This document shows, one piece after another, positions 12,161 to 23,159 of a stretch of 64,000 bases of DNA; positions within the stretch are counted from its first letter, which is position 1, and every line of letters begins with the position of its first letter. The translations under genes and the position numbers were made by a program. Below the pieces are notes generated by a model. That model was not told the DNA's origin. It saw only the letters and a list, made by a program, of their open reading frames with translations, and made no database searches. The DNA comes from Anthoceros angustus. Lineage: Eukaryota; Plantae; Anthocerotophyta. The stretch covers positions 1 to 64,000 of the forward strand of contig MU008164.1 in assembly GCA_010909165.1 (NCBI GenBank), in the 5' to 3' direction.

Positions 12161-15100
12161 ATGGCTGGAGTGATCAATAATGAAGAACAAACTGCTAATT
12201 CCCCATTGGGTAATGATAATGCTAACACTTCATTGCATTATCATTATGGTGACAGCTTCAAAGAGAAAGATAGATTCAATGGAAGGGATTATGACATCCG
12301 GTCATTGAGAATGCGAGGAGCTTTGCGGCAAAGAGACCTTTGGGGCATCGTCGATGGATCAATTCCAAGGCCACACGCCCGATTTGAACGTGAACTTCAA
12401 CCTTCCGGGACGCCAGGACGAAGGCACAAGATTTATTGGTCATGGACTTTCTCAACATATGGTGAGACATGTCGCACGCAAAGACCTCCAAGGATATGTG
12501 GACTCACCTTGCTCAATTATATTCATCTCGAGATGTAATGAGTATTGTTGCGCTTCACGTAACTTCCGCAACCTCTCAATGAAGGAGTCCGACACCATCG
12601 AACATCATGTTAATGCATTTCGATTGGCACGATCCCATTTGGAATCTTCAAGGCGTACCTATCTCGAGATGGAGGCTTACGTCATTCTCTTATCTTCATT
12701 GCCACCTTCTTATAGGGCTTTCATTACAACTCAAAATGCGAATTGCAATGTCGAAAAGCTGCAGATGAAGATCCAAATGAAGAGCCGACATCGTGTTTCC
12801 GAACTTATTGGAGCATTGCTACAGGAGGAGGCAAGCGACGTCATCATCACTCCAGCCAACAAGCGCAGTGATGTATTCACAAAGGGGTAGAGGAAGAGGA
12901 CGAGGCGAGGCCGAGGTTCTACTTTCCGACCCCATATCCCGCATACTTTCCATGATGGAGAGGCATCTTCTTCAACACCGCAAGAGGTAACAAGAAGATC
13001 GGGATTATATGTAATTGGTGCGTAATCCCAAATCACATGGAAAAGGATTGTCGTAAGAAGAAGAATGGGGAACCTCGCAAGGAGGCCCCACGAGCTAACA
13101 TTGCGCAAGAAACAATCTTCCTCAACTCCAGAAGGTGCTCACTGTGCTTCTTCCAAGCCCTCCAATACCTCATGGTACTTAGACGGGAGCTACTTCACAT
13201 ATTTGTTACAATGAAACTCTTTTGAGTCTTACTCACCACAGGACATCGGTCTCCTCCGGAGATGATCACAACCTACCCATTGCGGGTGTTGGTTCGATTG
13301 TATTCAAGTGTGATTCGGTCGTTCTTCATCTTCATCACGTCCTCCATGTTCCTTCAATGTGCAAGAATCTAGTATCACCGCAAGTCTTTGTCAAGAACAC
13401 ACTGCGGTGATCCTTTATGCGATAGTTGTCTTCTCTCTTTCATAAGTGATAGAAACTATACAATGCAGGCACTTTAGATGATGGTCTCTATAGATTGTCG
13501 ACAAGTGGGAGCCACCCATTACGCTAATGTTGCCATTCCAAACCCAAGACACCTACCCAAACCATGCTTTGGCATTGTCGCCTTGGTCATCCTAATAGTC
13601 AAAAATTAATCCAAATGTCTAAGGGAGCTTTATATAGAACCCTTGCCTTGCAAAGGTTGAACACCTACCTTGGTGCGAATCTTGTGTCCTCACTAAACGA
13701 CATCAAGAGCCTTTCAAAATAAATCTCCACAAAGGGCCAAGTCACCTTTAGAGATAGTGCACATGACATTTGTGGACCCTTGTCTACACCCTCCTTTAGT
13801 GGTAGTAGATATTTTTGACCTTCATGATGATTTCTCTCGTTTTGTCTTTTCCTACATCTAAAAACAAGAGTGATGCCTTTCACTTCTTCAAGGACTACAT
13901 GAAATGGGGTGAGAGACTTACTGATCACAAACTCAAGACCTTACGTTCCGACAATGGTGGAGAGTTTACATCTCGAATTTGAGGATTTTGTCGAGTAGGT
14001 ATAGCTCAACAACTTACGTTGTCTACACTCCTCAACAAAATGGCGAGCCGAGAACAAGAATCTACGCCTCAAGAGATCACGGGTTGCTTATTGGTACAAG
14101 CTAAGTTATCTAAGGCTTATTGGCGAGGCCCTCCCAGAACCTATCTCATGAATCGATTGCCTACATCAGTTCAAGGTATGACTCCATATGAAGCATTCAT
14201 TGGCAAGAAGCCTTCTATTGACCACCTTGAATTTTTGGATCCCGCATATGTTTTTATTCCCAAAGCATTGCGTAAGAAGTTGGATCCCAAAGCTAAGTAC
14301 ACTTCATTGGCTACAAGGTATCAAAGGGGTACAAATTGTTCAACCCTTCTACAAGGCAACTTTTATACGCCGAGTGTTACTTTTCATGAGTCTTACCTCT
14401 TTTCCCCAGTGGGAGCTGATAGGCTTGGTCCTCCTCTTGATGAGACCATTGACCCTTCTTATTTTTGATGATACGATTATTTCACTCCATTTCCCATTCC
14501 TCGCTTCGTGTTCCTTTAGTTGAACCTATTATGCGAGGAGCTTTGCGGCAAAGAGACCTTTGGGGCATCGTCGATGGATCAATTCCAAGGCCACACGCCC
14601 GATTTGAACGTGAACTTCAACCTTCCCGGGACGTGAAGAAGGCGAGCACAATGGACTTTCTCAACATATGGTGAGACATGTCGCACACGCAAAGACCTCC
14701 AAGGATATGTGGACTCACCTTGCTCAATTATATTCATCTCGAGATGTAATGAGTATTGTTGCTTCACGTAACTTCCGCAACCTCTCAATGAAGGAGTCCG
14801 ACACCATCGAACATCATGTTAATGCATTTCGATTGGCACGATCCCATTTGGAATCTTCAATGGTACCTATCTCGAGATGGAGGCTTACGTCATTCTCTTA
14901 TCTTCATTGCCACCTTCTTATAGGGCTTTCATTACAACTCAAAATGCGATTGCAATGTCGAAAAGCGCAGATGAAGATCCAAATGAAGAGCCGACATCGT
15001 GTTTCCGAACTTATTGGAGCATTGCTACAGGAGGAGGAGTTAGCATCTATTCCACAACTGGTAACTCAACTCAAAATGCGGATTCGTAATGTCGAAAAGC

Positions 15101-17960
15101 TGCAGATGAAGATCCAAATGAAGAGCCGGACATCGTGTTTCCGAACTTATTGGAGCATTGCTACAGGAGGAGGCAAGCGACGTCATCATCACTCCAGCCA
15201 ACAAGCAGTGATGTATTCACAAAGGGGTAGAGGAAGAGGACGAGGCGGGCCGAGGTTCTACTTTCCAACGACCCCATATCCCGCACATACTTTCCATGAT
15301 GGAGAGGCATCTTCTTCGCAAGAGGTAACAAGAAGGCGGGATTATATGTAATTGGTAATCCAAATCACATGGAAAAGGATTGTCGTAAGAAGAAGAATGG
15401 GAACCTCGCAAGGAGGCCCCACGAGCTAACATTGCAAGAAACAATCTTCCTCAACTCCAGGAAGGCTCACTGTGCTTGGCTTCTTCCAAGCCCTCCAATA
15501 CCTCATGGTACTTAGGCAGTGGAGCTACTTCACATATTTGTTACAAAAACTCTTTTGAGTCTTACTCACCACAGGACATCGTCTCCTCCGGAGATGATCA
15601 CAACCTACCCATTGCGGGTGTTGGTTCGATTGTATTCAAGTGTGATTCAGTCGTTCTTCATCTTCATCACGTCCTCCATGTTCCTTCAATGTGCAAGAAT
15701 CTAGTATCACCGCAAGTCTTTGTCAAGAACACACTGCGGTGATCCTTATCTGAATAGTTGTCTTCTCTCTTTCATAAGTGATAGAAACTATACAATCTGC
15801 AGGCACTTTAGATGATGGTCTCTATAGATTGTCGGTACAAGTGGGAGCCACCCATTACGCTAATGTTGCCATTCCAAACCCATGACACCTACCCAAACCA
15901 TGCTTTGGCATTGTCGCCTTGGTCATCCTAATAGTCAAAAATTAATCCAAATGTCTAAGGGAGCTTTATATAGAACCCTTGCCTTGCAAAGGTTGAACAC
16001 CTACCTTGGTGCGAATCTTGTGTCCTCACTAAACGACATCAAGAGCCTTTCAAAATAAATCTCCACAAAGGGCCAAGTCACCTTTAGAGATAGTGCACAT
16101 GACATTTGTGGACCCTTGTCTACACCCTCCTTTAGTGGTAGTAGATATTTTTGACCTTCATGATGATGAGTTTGATGACCCTCGGAGGATGACATTGTGG
16201 AGCAGATCCCGCTGCTGATCCCGCTGTGGATGATGCACTGCACAAAGGTACAACCTTAGATCCCGACCTACTATCTCGGTCCTGCAGTTGGAAGGAACCT
16301 CCTTTAGGATACCTAGCTGTTTTGATGATCCTATACCCCTATATCACTTTATTCTCAAGTCTACAAGGCAACTATAGACCCGGAAGAACCTCTTACCTTA
16401 AAACAAGCTTTCTCTTCTCTAAAAAGACTTATGGAAGGTAGTCAGATTCGAATATAATTCCCTAGTTAATAACTCTACATGGAATTGGTCAAACCACCTA
16501 GGGGTAGGAAGATAGTAACCAGCAAATGGGTATTCAAAATTAAAAGAAAAGGAGATGGTTCTATAGAAAGGTATAAGGCACGTCTAGTAGCGAGGTTTAC
16601 ACAAATTCTGGTCTAGATTACATACCTTGGGCCACTTATGCCCCAAGAGCCAAATTTGCCACACTTGAATGATATTTGCCTTATGTGCCCAACATGATCT
16701 TGAACTCCACATGATGGATGTTAAGACAAAGATATTTGTATGGGCGCAAGAGGAAATATACATGAGACAACCAGGGTTACAAGTCAAGGCAAGAAGATTG
16801 GGTATGCCGACTCATCAAAGGTTTGTATGGCAAGCAAAAAGAATTGGAACTTAACCATACATGTACAACTTATTGGGAGAGGATTTAAGCAAAGCCGGTG
16901 ATGCTTGTATGTACATCCTAATATCCGCAATGATATATTTTATCTTCTACTTTATGTTGATGATGTTTTTATGGCAACAAACTCCCTCACTCTCCTAGCG
17001 AAACTAAAGCATGGCTTAGGACTCTATTTGAGATGTCCGATCTAGGAGAAATGACATATGCACTTGGTGTTAATATTATACGAAATAGAGGTAATAAGAC
17101 TCTAAGTATAGTTCAAACCAAGTATATTAAGGAGAGTTTAGCTAAATTTGGACTTGAGGATGCAAAGCACACCCACACCTTTTGCAAGTGGTGTTAGGCT
17201 TACCTCGAGATATGAGTCCCAAAACAGTGAAGAAAAGCTAGAAATGTCTAGTTCCATACCGACATCTTGTTGGCACTCTAATATATTTATGCAATTTTAC
17301 GAGACCGGATATATCTTTTGAAGTCGCCTCGCTCACAATTCTTGGAGAACACGGACGTGAGCCTTTGGATGTCTTAAGCGTATATTCGGATACCTTAAAG
17401 GCACTATGTACATGATGTGTTCAAGCATACACCAGCTATCAACACACTTTTGATACTCGCCGATTATCCGGTGACCCCGATACAAGAAAATCAGATTATG
17501 TATTACTCTTGGAGGAGCACCAATATCATGGTCAAGTAAGAAACAACCTACTATAGCTTTATCAGCACTGAGTCGTAAAGTCCTAACCTCGGTTCTAAAG
17601 ACATAGTGTGGTCCAGGTTAGTTTTGAGTGAACTTCACCATCCTCAACTTAAGCCTACATCTTTGTTTAGTGATAGCCGGTGCCATTGCACTTGCTAGGA
17701 ACCTCCTTTAGGATACCTAGCTTTTTGATGATCCTATACCCCTATATCACTTTATTCTCAAAGTCTACAAGGCAACTATAGACCCGGAAGAACCTCTTAC
17801 CTTAAAACAAGCTTTCTCTTCTCCGAAAAGACTTATGGAAGGTAGTAGATTCGAATATAATTCCCTAGTTAATAACTCTACATGGGAATTGAGTTACATA
17901 GGAAACACATGAAATGTTTAGGTATAATGGACACTTCCAAACCTTCTACCTAAAGTTCAT
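12161..17960 (+). pseudogene. Copia B gag-pol, frameshifted and with re-inserted internal copies
   Basis: [99 protein letters not shown]. Confidence 0.9.
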
Positions 17961-18257
17961 CCTAGCAGCTAATGGGCCTATTTAAGATAACCTCAAAATT
18001 TTAGCCCATATTGTTTTTATTCCCAAAGCATTGCGTAAGAAGTTGGATCCCAAAGCAAAGTACACTTTCATTGGCTAATCAAGGTATCAAAGGGTACAAA
18101 TTGTTCAACCCTTCTACAAGGCAACTTTTATACGCCGAGTGTTACTTTTCATGAGTCTTACCTCTTTTCCCCAGTTGAGGCTTGGTCCTCCTCTATCTCA
18201 AAGAAGCAAATATTGTCTTTTCCTTGTTCCTCATAGACGGTCCATAAACATCCTGAT

Positions 18258-19389
18258 TTATATTAAATTAATGCCGCTTTTGTATGCATTAAATCAACCA
18301 TATATGTTTTCCTAACACCAATCACACTTACGGAAAACATGAGTATGCCCTGGAAAATCCAAACTATAGGCACATTTGGTTTTGATCATATGGATTGGTA
18401 GTTCACAAACATATGAGTATGGGACATCCACCTTGCTAGGGCCTCCTTTTGTCAATACAACTACTTTATCATAATCACCTAATGGGAGATATTCAGATCG
18501 TAAAAGCCTATACTCTTCACTTCATTAGACCAAATGTCTTTCGCACTGTGACACACAAGGATCGAACAAGGTTAGAACAATATTACAAATTGAAAAGGAA
18601 ACAAAACTAGAAACTCAAAATTAGGAATCAACATATACCTTTTTTCATTTTCCTTTTCCTTTCCTTTCCTTTTCTTTTCCTTTCCATCCTTCTTCCTCTT
18701 TTCTTCTCTCCTTCATCCTCACGCACCCAGCGCCACCAACACCAAAGGAAGGGATGGTCGACACTTCAAAGTCGGCCATCCTCACCACCTCCATTAGCCC
18801 GCTTCTTTAGGAAGCGCCGAGGGGGGCCGCCCCCAGAAGGCACCGTGAGGCGCACCGCATAGGAGGCATGATACCGCAATGCATTTTCTTTCCTAGGCCT
18901 TCTTCACACATTGGAAGTTCTTGGGGCCCTCTCTCCTAACAATTTCTGCAGCACAGAGGACACAAGACACAGCAACACCACAACGATTATACCAGAGCAA
19001 GAGATTGGAGATCATCGCCAAGTCTGGGTTGTCGAGCCTTCTTCTTCCGAGGACTCCAAGATGATATAGGTCTTCCCCATGAGGTGTTTGAGAGCTGGTG
19101 TGTTCAGATGTGAGCAAGCAAGTTTTGACAGAGATTGGGCGGGAGAAGCGGAAGATTTGAGAAAGATGCCTGAATCTCCCATGGGCATCCTCCCGCAGGA
19201 CGCCCTCACGGATTGAGGGAGCGGGCGCCGGGGCGCGCGGGGCGGCGCGCCCGCGGGGCGCCTCTCCTGGCGCGGCGCCGCTCCACCGCCATCTCGCCCT
19301 CCGCCATCGCCACTGCAGTTGATGAGGAAGGAGGGTAGGAGGCGGGAAGGCATGTCGAAATCGACCAGACATGGGCATGTGATGCCCAT
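18258..19389 (-). CDS. Spliced antisense accessory gene inside copia B (putative; intron 18546-18638)
   Basis: Lys-rich exon end AAG|GTATAT, CTAAC branch site, CACAG acceptor; exon 2 YLPLGDY..DVPYSYV..RKCDWC..NAYKSGINLI* is homologous to element C. Contains stops/frameshifts; start codon uncertain. Confidence 0.55.
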
Positions 19390-20412
19390 GGATGGTTAAT
19401 AACCATCCATTTACGGATTTCGAAATAGTTATTTTCCTTTTTATAAATTGCTATTTTCCTTTTAAGCTCAATTATGAATATGCTTAATTTCCAACTTAAG
19501 TTTTACTTAATGCTTTTAAGCTCACTTGACTTTAGAACTAGTTTTCGCCTAGGCATATTTTGACTTATTTTGAAGCTAGAGTAATTCTCTATCATCACAC
19601 CCTAGTTCATAGTGAGTGGGAGTGATGAAATAGGTCACTATTAGGGCACTCTTCACTAGGGCACCTAGAACTTAATGATTTATTTATTTGGATAGGGCAT
19701 TAAGTAGTTTAGGTAGTTTTCTTTAGTTGGTTACTTATGGTTATTTGTTACAACCACTAGGTGGTTATAACCACTTCTAGCCTTCTATATAAGGCATGTA
19801 CTTTCTATCAAATGTAATGCAACACATATTGCTAGAGCTTGTGTATGATTCTCATCACTTATCGTATGGGAGTTGGTATCTCATGTTCTTGAGTAATCGC
19901 ACGACCCGATATCTCAAATCATAAATGCTATTGCTGCCTTCGTGAATCCGAGGAAAGGATCACCGGGTTGCTCTCAAGCGCATCATGCGGTACCTCAAGG
20001 GTACTCAAATTATGGCCTCTGCTTCAAGCCTAGCGGAAAGAAGCATCACTCGACATGCTTTGTCGATGCGATTGGGCTTCGATTACACACAAAAAGTATC
20101 TCAAAGATATTGCTTTCTTGCCGGCTCCACTTTGTTGTTAATTGGTCTTGTAGAAAACAAGCTACAATATCACTTTCATCAGCAATCGGTACAAAGCACT
20201 CACAAGCCACGAAGAGGAATGGGAAAGAAAGCTATGTGAAGATTTGGATATGAAGCGGGAAGGGCCAACATGCTTAATTTCCAACTTAAGTTCCTTAATG
20301 CTTTTAAGCTCACTTGACTTTAGAACTAGTTTTGAGTTCTAGGCATATTTTGACTTATTTTGAAGCTAGAGTAATTCTCTATCATCACACCCTAGTTCAT
20401 AGTGAGTGGGAG

Positions 20413-20649
20413 TGATGAAATAGGTCACTATTAGGGCACTCTTCACTAGGGCACCTAGAACTTAATGATTTATTTATTTGGATAGGGCATTAAGTAGTTT
20501 AGGTAGTTTTCTTTAGTTGGTTACTTAAGTGGTTATTTGTTACAACCACTAGGTGGTTATAACCACTTCTAGCCTTCTATATAAGGCATGTACTTTCTAT
20601 CAAATGTAATGCAACACATATTGCTAGAGCTTGTGTATGATTCTCATCA
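20413..20649 (+). repeat. Third copy of LTR B within a ~790-bp tandem duplication
   Basis: 19480-20269 repeated at 20270-~21059; junction microhomology TGCTTAATT. Confidence 0.9.
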
Positions 20650-21135
20650 CTTATCGTATGGGAGTTGGTATCTCATGTTCTTGAGTAATCGAGACCGACC
20701 CCGATATCTCAAATAAATGCTATTGCTCGTTCTCGGAGAATCCGAGGAAAGGATCAGCGGGGTTGCTCTCAAGCGCATCATGCGGTACCTCAAGGGTACT
20801 CAAATTATGGCCTCTGCTTCAAGCCTAGCGGAAAGAAGCATCCGCCTCGACATGCTTTGTCGATGCAGTTGGGCTTGACACCGTATCTCAAAGATATTGC
20901 TTTCTTGCCGGCTCCACTGGTTAATTGGTCTTGTAGAAAACAAGCTACAATATCACTCATCAATCAGTAGACAAAGCACTCACAAGCCACGAAGAGGCTG
21001 AATGGGAAAGAAAGCTATGTGAAGATTTGGATATGAAGCGGGGAAGATAGCGTGCTTAATTGTGACAATATGTCGCCATTGCTCTTGTCGCTAATCCTGC
21101 CTTTCATGCGCACGGCATATTGAGATTCAACACCA

Positions 21136-21893
21136 CACTACTAGGGAGAGGGTGTTTTACAAAACCCTTTGCAAATCCCCAATCTTTACAACGTCTAAAC
21201 ACCTCCGTTGTAAATTGGTTTGAGTTTCACGATGTGGCAAGTTTTAAGACTCGGTTTACAGCGGGGTTTCTAGTTGGATGATGTGGCACTCTTTGGGTGC
21301 TCATTTACAACAACGGATTGATGACGTGGCTCCCTTGTTGTAGATTACGTTGTAAAAGCTTTTTTCAAAATTTGATCTTTATTTTCTAAAATCTTTATTA
21401 ACATCACTAATCACAAAATATGATTGGAAGCCATTTACAACAGCATGCGATGACGTGGCTCCCTTGTTGTAGATTACGCTAAAAGCCTTTTTCTCAAAAT
21501 TTGTTCTTTATTTCTTCAAAACTCTTTGTTATTATTATTAACCACAAAATATGATTGGAAGCCATTTACAACAAAGATGTATGACGTGGCTCCTTGTTGT
21601 AGATTACGTTGTAAAAGCCTTTTTCTCAAAATTTGTTCTTTATTTCTTCAAAACTCTTTATTATTATTATTAATCACAAAATATGATTGGAGGCCATTTA
21701 CAGCGATTGATGACATGGCTCCCTTGTTGTAGATTACGTTGTATATGGCCATTATATTCTGACGCCGAGAGGGAATTGTTAAGGTACGATGTACCCACAG
21801 AACATCTGGCGAATATCGACAAAATCCTTGCAAGTTCAACACCGCCCACAGAGAAGGGCTTGGATTGGTTGATCAGAAATTTTTGAAGTCGGA
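21136..21893 (+). mobile_element. CACTA-type transposon 5' end fragment
   Basis: Starts CACTACTAGGG, subterminal TTTACAAC/GTTGTAAA motifs; no matching right TIR found. Confidence 0.7.
21320..21742. repeat. ~130-bp tandem repeat x3.3
   Basis: ATGACGTGGCTCC(C)TTGTTGTAGATTACG at ~21320, 21449, 21581, 21709. Confidence 0.9.
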
Positions 21894-22095
21894 CCACACA
21901 TTTGGTGAGGCGCATCTTATCTCGAGCGTTCGATTACTTGAAGTTGACATAAATCGAGACCGCTTGCTTCAATCTTACTTACACCGTGACGATCGGTGAG
22001 TTGAGTTTAGTTGAAGACCGTAGTACTTATACAATACTCCAGTGCAAGTGATTATTAGTTCTTTGATTTAGATAACCCAACTTGTCCGAGAGGAG

Positions 22096-22279
22096 AGTTA
22101 GAAGCATGCATCGGCGTTGGTTATGGTTACCTTAGCTAAACCCAGTGGTCATACCTTTGGTATCTAATCAAGAGGTACAACTCTTCGACATGTGCTAAAA
22201 AGCCCACCTCTTGTAATCAATTGTATCAATTAGAAAAGCACTATCTTTGATAAAACGCTTCCGCAAAGCACCTCAAACT
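22096..22279 (+). repeat. Copia A 3' LTR (AGTT...AACT termini)
   Basis: Follows PPT GAGAGGAG; matches 4897-5065. Confidence 0.88.
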
Positions 22280-22818
22280 ACTACACCTCTTAATGGTGGT
22301 GTCGCTTTGGCGGCTGGAGGCGGCGCCATTACGGTCGCGTGCAGTGATTGTTTGCCGTTATAGGTCTACTACTTGTGCATTTAGCGGCGCAGCCAGCGCC
22401 GTTTTCTAGTGCGTTGGGACAAGTTCAAGTTGGTGGCTTGGACATAATATGGCCATTTTCCTACCGGGGAACGCATTTTTGTCTGTGCCGTGGGTGAAGT
22501 GGCATTGCCTGCTGCGGGAATGTTGCAGGAGACTCACAGCCGCACAGACAGTGAAGTGAGCGATCTTTGTTGTATCCAATGCACTGTATGCAATATTGTT
22601 CTATGGATGTTCTTCTCCTAGCAAAACTTCGTGTTTTCATGTTGCAGGAAGGGGAGGACTTGCTGCCATCGCAGTTCAACCGAGAGCTGGACGCTGCAAG
22701 AAAAAGGAAACGCAATGCCAGATTAAATTCGTCCGTTCCTCCTATCCCCATGATGACGCGCATCACACCACAGTCCCCAAATGGTTTGTGGACAGTCGAT
22801 GGTCAGTGTGGTAGTTCT

Positions 22819-23137
22819 TGTAAGGGTATTAAAGCCCAATGTACTTAGACTAATACACTTAGTCTAAGTTAGGTGTCAGTTAAGTATCATTAGTTTAGCT
22901 GAAGCTAATCACTAGGAAGCTTCTTGTGCTCCTTCCTAGGGCTTCTTGTGGAGCTTCCTAGGGAGTTCTAGGGAGGTATAAATACCTCCAAGCCTCATCT
23001 CAATGTGAGAGTTACACTTGCCTCCTCCTCTCCTCTCCTCTTTCCACCATCATGTGCCGCCACACGATCCTTCGCCTGTGCAATTCTATGCTCACGCCTC
23101 GCCAATGACAAGAGGCTGACCCTCGACCGTGTCACCA
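22819..23137 (+). mobile_element. Probable solo LTR inside an intron of the Sola-like transposase gene
   Basis: TGTAAGGG...GTCACCA, TATAAATA box at ~22977 followed by a CT-rich tract; flanks GTTCT/AATCT match only imperfectly. Confidence 0.5.
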
Positions 23138-23159
23138 AATCTTTGGCGTGTTTGCAGGT

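Larger units (their letters stand above)
11147..19857 (+). mobile_element. Ty1/copia LTR retrotransposon B, young, inserted in the RT of A
   Basis: Near-identical 235-bp LTRs TGATGAAA...CTCATCA (11147-11381, 19623-19857), 5-bp TSD CTTAT (11142-11146, 19858-19862), PBS at 11382, PPT GAGTGGGAG. Confidence 0.95.
19863..22010 (+). pseudogene. Remainder of copia A RT/RNase H (duplicated, and split by a CACTA fragment)
   Basis: LKRIMRYLKGT, NWSCRKQATISLS, CDNMS..ALVANPAFH, HIEIQH at ~21115-21135, apparently resuming at ~21894. Confidence 0.8.
4897..22279 (+). mobile_element. Ty1/copia LTR retrotransposon A (host of nested insertions)
   Basis: Paired LTRs 4897-5065 and 22096-22279, PBS TGGTATC(A)GAGC at 5066, PPT GAGAGGAG before 22096, domain order gag-PR-IN-RT-RH. 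Confidence 0.93.

Noticed and set aside
6889-17960. Programmed frameshifting or RNA editing to explain the broken gag-pol frames
   Set aside because: Indels differ between duplicate copies and cluster at CWG; sequencing error or decay is simpler.
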